DNA from: Pseudomonadota bacterium
GTDB lineage: Bacteria; Campylobacterota; Campylobacteria; Campylobacterales; Sulfurimonadaceae
Reading direction: 5' to 3'
DNA: 64,000 nucleotides
Assembly (NCBI GenBank): GCA_043797085.1
Contig: JAZDQA010000005.1
Coordinates: forward strand, 32,001-96,000
In this document: in pieces, positions 1 through 8,649 of the stretch
Position numbering within the stretch: position 1 is the stretch's first letter
How the letters are laid out: each line of letters opens with the position of its first letter
Notes under the pieces: generated by a model
What the model was told of the DNA's origin: nothing
What the model saw: only the letters and a program-made list of their open reading frames with translations
Databases searched by the model: none
Translations under genes and position numbers: made by a program

Positions 1-1
1 G

Positions 2-184
2 AAAGATCCTCTTTTTTATCAGCGCTTTAGTGTTTTGGGGATTTATAGCACTCAGTTCAAGGTGTTTCATTTTAATCCGGATCCGGAGATGAATATTGAG
101 CCCGGTGATGTTGCGATTGTCATTGCCAATAGGGGTTTGATCGATGAATTTAGAACCAAACTTCACCGCAGAGGAAAAGTATGA
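2..184 (+). CDS. 3' end of a potassium channel/TrkA-C (RCK-C) domain protein, partial at window edge
   Basis: Open frame from base 2 reads KDPLFYQRFSVLGIY...FHFNPDPEMNIEPGDVAIVIA...RGKV*. The FNP-x-I-x-PGD pattern is typical of RCK-C. The stop overlaps the next ATG (ATGA). Confidence 0.65.
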   Translation, partial: KDPLFYQRFSVLGIYSTQFKVFHFNPDPEMNIEPGDVAIVIANRGLIDEFRTKLHRRGKV

Positions 185-885
185 AACCGCGTAGTGCCGC
201 CATCTTCGGATACAATGAATATTCTAAGCAGATTGCTAAACAAATAAGCGCTGTGTATGACAATGTCGGTGTATTTGTAATCGATGAAGCAGAGTTTTTA
301 GAAGCTCAAGATGATGGAATTATTGCCCAGCGATTTGATCTCAGTGATGATTGGGAGTCGATTGAATCGCAGTTTGATGTGAACGGTTTGATTGTTTTTT
401 GTGCCCTTGCAGATGATGCTGAAAATGTTTTTTTGACCATTTCACTACGTGCAACATTTGATAAGCTCTTTATAATTGCACTGGCGCAAGACAATGAGAG
501 TATGATGAAGATGAAGAGTGCCGGAGCGGATAAAGTCATGCCGATTTTGCCGATTGCCGCCAACGTCATCAATGATCTTCTGACCAAACCCATTATGACG
601 CAGGTGTTGCACGATATATTATATGAAGACGGTGACCTTACGGTTTTGGAAATCGAAATTACGCAGAAATCCCCTCTTAACGGCTGTTATTTGCATGAAC
701 TTCATTTCAAGCGTGATTTTGATCTTATTTTACTAGCAATTGTTGATCAGGAGATGGGGACGACGTTTAGTTTTGCATCAAAAGGACATAACCACCATAT
801 TGATGCCGGAGATATTTTGGTCTTTATGGGATATGCCGAAAAGTTAAATGTAATAAAGAAATGGAATGATGGGGTGACGATATGA
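181..885 (+). CDS. TrkA/KtrA-family RCK (NAD-binding + TrkA-C) potassium transport regulatory protein
   Basis: IFGYNEYS Rossmann-like start, DDAENVFLTISLR, AGADKV, C-terminal TrkA-C (SPLNG...IDAGDILVFMG). Confidence 0.8.
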   Translation: MKPRSAAIFGYNEYSKQIAKQISAVYDNVGVFVIDEAEFLEAQDDGIIAQRFDLSDDWESIESQFDVNGLIVFCALADDAENVFLTISLRATFDKLFIIALAQDNESMMKMKSAGADKVMPILPIAANVINDLLTKPIMTQVLHDILYEDGDLTVLEIEITQKSPLNGCYLHELHFKRDFDLILLAIVDQEMGTTFSFASKGHNHHIDAGDILVFMGYAEKLNVIKKWNDGVTI

Positions 886-1769
886 AAGTAGGAGTAATCG
901 GTGCTGGAAAATGGGGCGAGGCACTTGCCTTTGCTTTGAGTGAAAAAAACGACGTTATTATCACCTCTCGTACAGTACGGGATTGGAAAAATTTTAAACC
1001 TTTAGCTGAAGTGTTGGAGTGTAAGTATTTGGTCATAACCGTTCCCGCACAGCAAGTTGCGGCATGGCTTGACGAAAATTTTATTTACCATGGGCAAAAA
1101 GTATTGGTTGCGGCAAAAGGGATTGAAGCTTCATCCGGACGATTTTTAAACGAGATTTATGCACAGTATATTCCGGAAGAAAATCTCAGCTTTCTATCGG
1201 GTCCTTCTTTTGCGTCAGAGGTCATTCGCTCATTGCCGACGGCGTTGGTGATTAACTCGCACTCTCCTCAAACCGCGCATGAATTTGCAGCATTGTTTCC
1301 TAAATTTATTCGTACGTATATTAGCGATGATGTAATCGGAGCAGAGATTGCGGGAGCGTATAAAAATGTCATTGCTATTGCTGCGGGTATTTGTGAGGGA
1401 TTGGGTTTAGGACATAATGCGGCGGCTTCTCTTATATCCAGAGGTTTAGTAGAGATGCAGCGCTTTGGCAAGGTCTATGGCGCGCATGAGGATACTTTTG
1501 TGGGTCTTAGCGGGGCAGGGGATTTATTTTTGACAGCCAGTTCTTCGATGTCACGTAACTACCGTGTTGGTCTTGGATTGGCAAGTGGAAAAACCAAAGA
1601 GGCGGTATGTTCTGAAATCGGTGAAGTAAGTGAGGGGATCGGTACGGCGTATGCTCTTCATGAGATTGCAGCAAAAAAGAATATATACCTTCCCATTGCT
1701 GCAGAAGTGTATGCAATTTTAGAGGGGAAATCTCCAAAACAGAGTTTAAAAGATTTGATAGAACGGTAA
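882..1769 (+). CDS. gpsA: NAD(P)H-dependent glycerol-3-phosphate dehydrogenase
   Basis: GAGKWGEALA, KGIE, LSGPSFA, GAYKNVIAIAAG, GLSGAGDLFLT, SRNYRVG. Confidence 0.97.
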   Translation: MKVGVIGAGKWGEALAFALSEKNDVIITSRTVRDWKNFKPLAEVLECKYLVITVPAQQVAAWLDENFIYHGQKVLVAAKGIEASSGRFLNEIYAQYIPEENLSFLSGPSFASEVIRSLPTALVINSHSPQTAHEFAALFPKFIRTYISDDVIGAEIAGAYKNVIAIAAGICEGLGLGHNAAASLISRGLVEMQRFGKVYGAHEDTFVGLSGAGDLFLTASSSMSRNYRVGLGLASGKTKEAVCSEIGEVSEGIGTAYALHEIAAKKNIYLPIAAEVYAILEGKSPKQSLKDLIER

Positions 1770-1775
1770 TGATTT

Positions 1776-1839
1776 GTCATTCCGTACAACGACACGGAAT
1801 CTAAAAAACAACTAGATCCCGTATCGAGTAGGGGATGAC
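1776..1839. repeat. Intergenic palindromic element (GTCATTCCG...GGAATCT / AGATCCCG...GGGATGAC), REP/RPE-like
   Basis: Two imperfect hairpin arms in inverted orientation: gtcattccgtacaacgacacggaatct and agatcccgtatcgagtaggggatgac. Confidence 0.65.
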
Positions 1840-1868
1840 GGGAAAATATTAAATTAAAGGGAAAAAAT

Positions 1869-2159
1869 ATGCTAGTACACATTGTTATGTTTCAATTCAA
1901 AGAAGAAAATAAAGAGGCGAATTTGGTGAAGGTTAAAGCAATGCTTGACGCACTTCCTTCTAAAATAGACACACTTAAAAGTATGGAAGTCGGTATGGAT
2001 ATAAGCCGCAGCGAACGCTCATTTGATTTGGTTTTGGTCTCTAAATTTGAAGATCAGGAAGGGCTAAATGAATATGCTGTTCATCCTGCTCATTTGGAAG
2101 TTGTGAGTATTATCAAAGAGGTAACAAGTCTCTCAAAAGTGGTTGATTATATCCAATAA
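1869..2159 (+). CDS. Dabb family (stress-responsive A/B barrel) protein
   Basis: HIVMFQFK start, FDLVLVSKF, YAVHPAH, VVDY end; 96 aa. Confidence 0.92.
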   Translation: MLVHIVMFQFKEENKEANLVKVKAMLDALPSKIDTLKSMEVGMDISRSERSFDLVLVSKFEDQEGLNEYAVHPAHLEVVSIIKEVTSLSKVVDYIQ

Positions 2160-2226
2160 TTTTTGAACTCATATTTTACTTATTTGATTGGTGTAAAATA
2201 TTTCTATATCAATTCGGAGGTTTCGT

Positions 2227-2580
2227 ATGAAAACATTAATGAGTTTAGTATCGGCTTCGGCTATTTTTGCAACGTTAGCATTTGCTGAAACACCTGTACA
2301 AAATCAAGATCAGGTTCAAAATAAAGTGCAAAACGAAATTCAAAATCGCTTTAGAGCGATGAGTACAGATGAATTGTTAGAAAAACGGGGAACAATGACG
2401 TCTCAACAAGAGCGTGAGCAGCTTCATAATGAACTGATGACTCGTGAGCAAAAAATGACGAAAGAACAAAAAGAAAAGTTCAATAAGCGTCCTCCTGAAA
2501 ATCGTGTTCCAAAAGGGATGGGTCAAGGTGGTGGTATGGGTAGTGGCGGAGGAATGGGCGGAGGTAAAGGGGGACGTTAA
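2227..2580 (+). CDS. Exported DUF1104-like protein with Gly/Met-rich tail
   Basis: Signal peptide (AFA-E), FRAMSTDELLEKRGTM, GMGQGGGMG tail, GGAGG RBS. Confidence 0.7.
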   Translation: MKTLMSLVSASAIFATLAFAETPVQNQDQVQNKVQNEIQNRFRAMSTDELLEKRGTMTSQQEREQLHNELMTREQKMTKEQKEKFNKRPPENRVPKGMGQGGGMGSGGGMGGGKGGR

Positions 2581-2592
2581 TCGTCCTTTTTT
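2572..2592 (+). terminator. Probable intrinsic terminator overlapping the stop codon
   Basis: ggacg-ttaat-cgtcc stem followed by a T run, between convergent genes. Confidence 0.45.
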
Positions 2593-2613
2593 CCCTTAAA
2601 GAGAAATTGGCGA

Positions 2614-4563
2614 TTATTTTTTAAGTGCTTCTATCTCTTCGGCTTTTTCTTCGATTGTGAGTAACTCATCCACTTTTTCTTCATAGAGGGCTTTGGTTTT
2701 TTCGAGCTCTTGGGCTAAGACACTAATCCCTATTTTTTCATATTTTTTTGGATCGGCGAGAGAGGCATTTAGCTCATCGATTGTGGCCTCAAGTGTTTCG
2801 ATTTCTAGAGGAAGTTTTTCGAGGGCGCGCTGTTCGTTAAATGTGAGTTTGAATATTTTTGGTTTTTCAACGATACTTTGTACTGTGGCAGTTTTAGAAA
2901 ATTCCAGTGCCATGGCATCTATTTCTTGAAGCTCTTTCTCATCGTCGAGGTATTCGCTGTACGGTTTAAGACTCTCTTCGATTGTCCCATCACCCTTGAA
3001 AATAAAGAGTTTTTTAGCAATTTTATCGACGAAATAGCGGTCATGGCTTACCAAAATAACAGCACCAGAAAAGTTTTGGAGTTTTTCTTCTAAGATATTA
3101 ATGGTTGGGATATCGAGATCATTGGTCGGTTCATCGAGGATGAGACAATCGACTTTTTTGGTGAAAAGTAAAGCGAGTGCAACGCGGTTTTTTTCTCCGC
3201 CGCTGAGTGAGCCTATTTTTTTATCCAAAAATTCTCGAGGGAAGAGAAAGTTTTTGAGATAGCCATAGACGTGATAATCTGTCCCTTGCGCATCGACGCG
3301 ATCACCGCCATGAGGACAAAACGTCTCAATGAGATTGAGTGAATCATCGAGCATTTCGCGGTGTTGATCGAAATAGCCAATACTTAGTTCCCCTTGCTTG
3401 ATAATCCCGCTTGTAGGTTTAAGTCGTCCCAGCAGGGCTTTGAGGAGAGTTGATTTTCCGCTTCCGTTGGGTCCTACGACGGCGATGACATCTTTTTGTA
3501 AAATTCGTGTTGAGAAATCTTTGATGAGAAGTTTATCCCCCAGTGTCAGACCTAAATGCTCTAATTCAAAGAGCATTTTTTGACGATTTACCCCTTCTCC
3601 ACGGTTAAAATGTTTGGCTTCGCGTTCCAGTTCGAGACGCATCTTGTGGATTTTAGTGGGATTGTTTTTGGCATCTTCACGTAGAGCCAATACACGCTCT
3701 TTACGTCCTTCGTTACGTTTTAGACGTGCTTTTACCCCACGTGAGAGCCACTCATTTTCGGTTTTAAGCAGTTTGAGGAGGTTGTCGTGCTGTTGAGCCA
3801 TCGTGCGCAAGAGTTCTTGTTTTTGTACGAGGTAATTGCTATATCCGCCGGTGAATTCACGCAAAGCGCAATCTTCAACTTCGATGGTTTTGGTGGCAAT
3901 TTGATCGATAAAATAACGGTCATGGGAGATAAAAAGGAGGGTGAATTTTTCTTTTAAAATCAGCTCTTCGAGAAACTCGACCATATAAACATCGAGGTGA
4001 TTGGTGGGTTCATCCAGCAGTAAAATATCGGGCTTGAGAAGCAGCAGTGATGCGAGAGCGACACGACGCTGTTCCCCTCCGCTTAGGAGATCAACGTTTT
4101 TATTTTCATACTCCGTAAGCATAAAGTGATGCATGATGCGCTCGATTTTATCGTCCAAATTCCAAGCGTTATGATGATCCAAAAAGTTGCTTAAACGTGC
4201 TTGCTCATCCAACAAAGCAGTATTTTCATATTCAGTTGCCAGAAGGGCAGAAATCTCATCAAAACGCACTTTGGAGGTTCGAAGTTCACCCAGTCCTGCT
4301 TCGACTGCTTCTCGAACGGTATGAGACGGGTCAAATTTCGGAACTTGAGAGAGCATTTTGATCTCAATTCCTTGGCGTGTCATGCGCTCGCCCTCATCGG
4401 CATCAAGTGAACCGTGGACAATTTTCATCAGAGTTGATTTGCCGCTGCCGTTTTTACCGACGATAACGACACGCTCACCCTCATCGATGTGAAAGTTAAT
4501 ATTTTCTAAAATTTTCTGCGCTTCGTAGTGTTTGCTAACACCGAGTAAATCGACTAATGCCAT
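2614..4563 (-). CDS. ABC-F family ATPase (Uup-like)
   Basis: Two ABC cassettes (GKNGSGKST, LSGGEQRR, LDEPTNHLD; GPNGSGKST, LSGGEKNR, LDEPTNDLD), no TM segments, C-terminal coiled coil (KLTFNEQRALEKLP). Confidence 0.93.
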   Translation of the reverse strand: MALVDLLGVSKHYEAQKILENINFHIDEGERVVIVGKNGSGKSTLMKIVHGSLDADEGERMTRQGIEIKMLSQVPKFDPSHTVREAVEAGLGELRTSKVRFDEISALLATEYENTALLDEQARLSNFLDHHNAWNLDDKIERIMHHFMLTEYENKNVDLLSGGEQRRVALASLLLLKPDILLLDEPTNHLDVYMVEFLEELILKEKFTLLFISHDRYFIDQIATKTIEVEDCALREFTGGYSNYLVQKQELLRTMAQQHDNLLKLLKTENEWLSRGVKARLKRNEGRKERVLALREDAKNNPTKIHKMRLELEREAKHFNRGEGVNRQKMLFELEHLGLTLGDKLLIKDFSTRILQKDVIAVVGPNGSGKSTLLKALLGRLKPTSGIIKQGELSIGYFDQHREMLDDSLNLIETFCPHGGDRVDAQGTDYHVYGYLKNFLFPREFLDKKIGSLSGGEKNRVALALLFTKKVDCLILDEPTNDLDIPTINILEEKLQNFSGAVILVSHDRYFVDKIAKKLFIFKGDGTIEESLKPYSEYLDDEKELQEIDAMALEFSKTATVQSIVEKPKIFKLTFNEQRALEKLPLEIETLEATIDELNASLADPKKYEKIGISVLAQELEKTKALYEEKVDELLTIEEKAEEIEALKK

Positions 4564-4572
4564 AAATTATTC

Positions 4573-4662
4573 CTAAGTTCTTGGGTACCAATAAAATGGT
4601 TTTTGATTTTGATGCATAACGGCGATAATGGTGAGACGATGGTTGATAAATTTATAGACGAT
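4573..4662 (-). pseudogene. C-terminal remnant of a RelE/ParE-family toxin
   Basis: Frame reads IVYKFINHRLTIIAVMHQNQKPFYWYPRT*, matching the IVY...IIAVMH..RKPxYW end of ParE-like toxins. No start codon or N-terminal part is present. Confidence 0.75.
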
Positions 4663-4879
4663 TCTTGATTTTTTGAAAGACTTCTTTCCCATCTATTGGG
4701 GTGATTGTTCCTGAATCGAGTATTTGAACACGTTTTTCAATCTCTAGTTTCCATAACTCTTCAACAATCTCTGAGTGAGGGTTTAAACTTGAAAATAATT
4801 TTTCAATCAATTTTGTTTTGAGATCAATAGGCATAAAATCCACTTGTGATAAGAGCTGGTTTGTGTCTAGTGCCACCAT
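4652..4879 (-). CDS. Putative addiction-module antitoxin component
   Basis: 75 aa; LIEKLFSSL...EELWKLEIEKR...DSGTITPIDGKEVF pattern; followed directly by a toxin remnant. Confidence 0.85.
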   Translation of the reverse strand: MVALDTNQLLSQVDFMPIDLKTKLIEKLFSSLNPHSEIVEELWKLEIEKRVQILDSGTITPIDGKEVFQKIKNRL

Positions 4880-5150
4880 GATATACGCCCTTTTAATGAA
4901 ATATTTATTCTACGAATATTATAGCTAAAACAGGAGAATTCAAAATACTATTTCATTAAAAAGCGTACGAATTACATCCATTTCAGCGTTTGAGAGTACC
5001 TCTAGCTTTTGTAACACTAGTTCTTAATCATGTTTAATATTTAGTTTATTAAACTGTTTATTGCTGATAGTGAAAATAAACAAATATTAGTATAAATTTA
5101 TTTTTATTACGATAGCATCTTCTCAAAGAAATTCAAATGGAGACTTTCGA

Positions 5151-6218
5151 ATGATTAAAAAAATTAAACTTGGGCTTATTGCTTCAGCTATCTTGGCATC
5201 TTCTACGCTTTTTGCAGAAGGAACTCAAGAAACAATCTTTTTTATTGGGGATGATTTAAAAACAGGTATATCCTATAAAAATGTGAGATACCCAGTAGCA
5301 GGAAAAAAAGGGATGTATTTTGGAAGTAATTATAATAAAAATAATTTATCTTATATTAAACCAAATAACTATTCTTGGTCAAAAGAAAGCCAAAATGGAA
5401 AGATAAATGATTTGCTGTCTTTTCCAAATACAAATTCATATGCTTATCTTGAAAGAATAAGTCTAAAAGATAATTTAGGGCTTTTAAATGTAAATAATTT
5501 AGGAGAAAAAGAAGATGGTAGCTACTATGTTGTTCTTGATGGTGGAAGCTGTACAGGAACTGATTGCTTGGCAGATGAAAATATAATTTCTGTTGTTGTT
5601 CCAAAACGATTTAAAATAGTCTCCTATGAGGCAAAAGAAAAAAGAAATGAAGAATATAAATATAATGCCGATGCTGATTTTAAATTAATCGATAATACTT
5701 TAACTTTATACACGAATAATCTGCAAGGAGCTTATGTTAGACTTTGGTTTAAAGATACCTCTTTGGCTTCCGCTATCTATAAAAATGTTTCCGATTCCCT
5801 TGCAAAATTCTCAGATATTAGTGTGTCAAAAACAGATACAACAACAACAATTTCAATGCCTATGGATAATGTTTTCACAATTGGAAAAGCTAATATGAAT
5901 AATCTCGGTAAAGAATGGATGGCTACTCTTGCTGAGACACTAAAAGAACAATCTTTCAAAGAAATTCGAGTTGAAGGGCATACGGATAATGTTCCTATGA
6001 AAGGCGGAGCATATCCTTCCAACTGGGAACTTTCCTCTGCTAGAGCATCAGATGCAGTTAAATTTATGATTTCAAAAGGGATTGATTCTAAAAGTATTGC
6101 TGCTGTCGGATACGCAGATACCCATCCTTTGGTAGCAAATGACACAAAAGAAAATCGTGCCAAAAATAGAAGAATAGAAATAACTATTGTAGGAAATTCA
6201 GAAAAGGCGGCTGATTAA
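5151..6218 (+). CDS. Exported protein with C-terminal OmpA/MotB-like peptidoglycan-binding domain and unrecognised N-terminal domain
   Basis: Signal peptide; VEGHTDNVP, SNWELSSARA, GYADTHP, NRAKNRRIEI. Confidence 0.85.
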   Translation: MIKKIKLGLIASAILASSTLFAEGTQETIFFIGDDLKTGISYKNVRYPVAGKKGMYFGSNYNKNNLSYIKPNNYSWSKESQNGKINDLLSFPNTNSYAYLERISLKDNLGLLNVNNLGEKEDGSYYVVLDGGSCTGTDCLADENIISVVVPKRFKIVSYEAKEKRNEEYKYNADADFKLIDNTLTLYTNNLQGAYVRLWFKDTSLASAIYKNVSDSLAKFSDISVSKTDTTTTISMPMDNVFTIGKANMNNLGKEWMATLAETLKEQSFKEIRVEGHTDNVPMKGGAYPSNWELSSARASDAVKFMISKGIDSKSIAAVGYADTHPLVANDTKENRAKNRRIEITIVGNSEKAAD

Positions 6219-6288
6219 AGCCTCTTAGATTTTAAAAATATCTTCTCTCGTTCCAACTTTCCAAGTGGAAGAGAGGGATGTTTGTTAT

Positions 6289-6603
6289 CTATTCGTGAAA
6301 AATAAAACAGTGATTGCGTGAGAGATACCATGTTGCGATGGCATAATCGTTGTATTCGTATTCACGTTGAGCGAGGGGAATTGAGTCGTTGCGCAGTTTG
6401 GAGCGGAGGATTCCAAAGAGTATAAAGCCCAATAAAAGCGTTCCAATAGCGATAAACCAATCGCTTTTCCACCATACTAAAAGGGCTAATGCATAATTTC
6501 CATAGCTCAAAGCCCATCCCAAACAACGTGCCATAAATCGACACCTGCGTGTCGGAAGGGTTGGGGTTGGGTCAATGTGGAAGGTAAAAGGTTCATTATT
6601 CAT
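6289..6603 (-). CDS. Small hypothetical membrane protein
   Basis: 104 aa with two hydrophobic segments; same strand and directly downstream of the nitrate reductase. Confidence 0.65.
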   Translation of the reverse strand: MNNEPFTFHIDPTPTLPTRRCRFMARCLGWALSYGNYALALLVWWKSDWFIAIGTLLLGFILFGILRSKLRNDSIPLAQREYEYNDYAIATWYLSRNHCFIFHE

Positions 6604-6625
6604 AGGGCGAATTATAGCGAAATAG

Positions 6626-8647
6626 TCATATCCTTTTTGTACTTAGGGTGACTTGTGCAGATTTTAAAGCAGTTTGAAATGAAAAAGGGTCGTTAATGGT
6701 GGGGACTAACGTATTTATCGGAGCTTTCGGATAGCCAAAAGGGGCAAAGAGATGGCGTGAGGCGAGTTCTCCAAAACGAATAGGCAACTCAAGCTGTCCA
6801 AGTTCATTGGAAACTATAACGCTGTCACCTTCATTTAGATTCATCGCAAGTGCTTCGGAAGCATTCATAAGCAGATATGGATGTTCTTCGTCTTTTAAGA
6901 GTTCATCGACCAATCCTGTTCGGGTCATGGTGTGCCATTGTTTTTTGGTTCTTCCTGTAATGAGGACATAGTGTTCATCAGCAAGAGTTAAAGTAGAGGA
7001 GATGATGGGGTGAAACTGTACTTTGCCCGATGTTGTTGGAAATATCTCATCGGTATAAAGGCGTTCTCCTCCCCATTGATAGGAGAGGGTGTCATACTCT
7101 TGTGTGCTTTGGTCGCATAATCGTTTTGCGGTTAGGGCTTTGTACTCATCGTACACGTCTTGGGTATTAGGGTACTCAAATCCGCTCAATCCTAGTTTTC
7201 TGGCAATATCACAAATAATATCAAGGTCGCTTTTCGCTCCCGATGGCGGAGATTTAAACGGACGTACGCGTTTGATGAAACGTTCTGAGTTGGTCATGCT
7301 CCCCTCTTTTTCACCCCATCCGAAAGTTGGCAATACCAAGTTCGCTAAAGCTGTTGTTTCGCTCATGACGCAATCTTGAACGACTAAAAAAAGATCAGGA
7401 GATTCAAGTGCGCGTTTGGTTTTTGCGACATCGCTCAGGCTTAGGAGAGGATTGGTGCAAGCGACCCATAAAAATTTGGTTTTATCGCAGAGTATGGAAT
7501 CCACGGCTTCGGTAATGGTGATTCCTACCTCTGGTGAGATGGCATTTTTTGGAAGGTTCCAGTGAGTTTCACAGGCGATTCGGTCATGGTTATTTCGAAC
7601 ATCACGGTATCCTGGTAGGGCATTGGAAAGATAGCCTGTCTCTCGCCCTCCCATAGCATTGGGTTGACCTGTCAGAGATAAAGGTGAGCCTTTGGTGGCA
7701 TTTAGTCTGCCTGTTGCTAAAAAGAGATTGATAAAACCGATGTTGCGCATCACGCCATCATGTGCTTGGTTGAGTCCTTGACACCACAGACCGAGTATTT
7801 TTTTATTTGATCCCAGCGCTTGAAGGAGTTGTTCGGAGGCTTCTATGGGTATACCGCATGATTTGATGGCATCGAGATAGGGAGTTTTAAGGGCTTCGAC
7901 CAAAGTGTTTTCAAATCCTTGCGAGGAACGTTGGATGAAATCGATGTCGCACTGATTTCGTCGATAGAGTTCACCTAAGAGTGTATTGTAAAACAGGGTA
8001 TCACTTCCGCTGTGCAGACCAATCCAAAGGTCGCTTTTTTGCGCCGTTTCGGTACGGATAGGATCAATAGTGATGATGAGTGTATCGGGATGAGATTTTT
8101 TACGTGCCAAGATGCGTCGAAATACAATCGGATGTGCCCATGCAGGGTTCGAACCGCTGATGAGTATCACATCGGCATTATCAATGTCTTGGTAATTACC
8201 TACTGGACCGTCGCTTCCAAAAACCATTTTGTGGGCTGTCACGGCGCTTGCCATACATAGCCGTGAGTTGGCATCGACGTTGTTGGTTCCTAAATGCCCT
8301 TTAATCAGTTTAGTAAAAAGATAGCTCTCTTCAGTCAGAAGCTGTCCTGAGAGGTAAAAATAGAGCTCTTCTTTGGAGCGAGAAGTAATATTTTGAGCAA
8401 CAAGATCGATGGCTTTATCCCAAGAAATTTCTTCAAACAAAGCATTTTTATCTTCTCGGTATAACGGTGCATGTATGCGGGAGGTATCAAGTGCTTTTGC
8501 CATTTGAATGGGTTTAAAACACAAATCACCATGGGTGGAGGGGTTGGTTTTATCTCCTTTTACCTTATAGCCTTTATCGGTGCATTCTACGGTTAAAGCA
8601 CACCCTGTACCGCAAAACGGACACCCAGTAGAGATGGAATTACTCAT
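6626..8647 (-). CDS. narB: Assimilatory nitrate reductase, molybdopterin subunit (NarB/NasA type)
   Basis: CPFCGTGC...GDLCFK Fe-S motif, YLSGQLLTEE, DANSRLCMASAV, SLTGQPNAMGGRE, TNSER, TGRTKKQWHTMTRTG; adjacent to nitrite reductase. Confidence 0.92.
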   Translation of the reverse strand: MSNSISTGCPFCGTGCALTVECTDKGYKVKGDKTNPSTHGDLCFKPIQMAKALDTSRIHAPLYREDKNALFEEISWDKAIDLVAQNITSRSKEELYFYLSGQLLTEESYLFTKLIKGHLGTNNVDANSRLCMASAVTAHKMVFGSDGPVGNYQDIDNADVILISGSNPAWAHPIVFRRILARKKSHPDTLIITIDPIRTETAQKSDLWIGLHSGSDTLFYNTLLGELYRRNQCDIDFIQRSSQGFENTLVEALKTPYLDAIKSCGIPIEASEQLLQALGSNKKILGLWCQGLNQAHDGVMRNIGFINLFLATGRLNATKGSPLSLTGQPNAMGGRETGYLSNALPGYRDVRNNHDRIACETHWNLPKNAISPEVGITITEAVDSILCDKTKFLWVACTNPLLSLSDVAKTKRALESPDLFLVVQDCVMSETTALANLVLPTFGWGEKEGSMTNSERFIKRVRPFKSPPSGAKSDLDIICDIARKLGLSGFEYPNTQDVYDEYKALTAKRLCDQSTQEYDTLSYQWGGERLYTDEIFPTTSGKVQFHPIISSTLTLADEHYVLITGRTKKQWHTMTRTGLVDELLKDEEHPYLLMNASEALAMNLNEGDSVIVSNELGQLELPIRFGELASRHLFAPFGYPKAPINTLVPTINDPFSFQTALKSAQVTLSTKRI

Positions 8648-8649
8648 CG

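Noticed and set aside
2515..2577. Gly-Met-Gly repeats at the end of the DUF1104-like gene
   Set aside because: An ordinary low-complexity protein tail with varied codons, not a DNA repeat element.
5151..6218. Calling this gene motB
   Set aside because: It lacks the N-terminal transmembrane WxxxYxD motif and there is no adjacent motA.
6245..6277. Imperfect hairpin between convergent genes
   Set aside because: Most simply a bidirectional terminator; too degenerate to assign to a repeat family.
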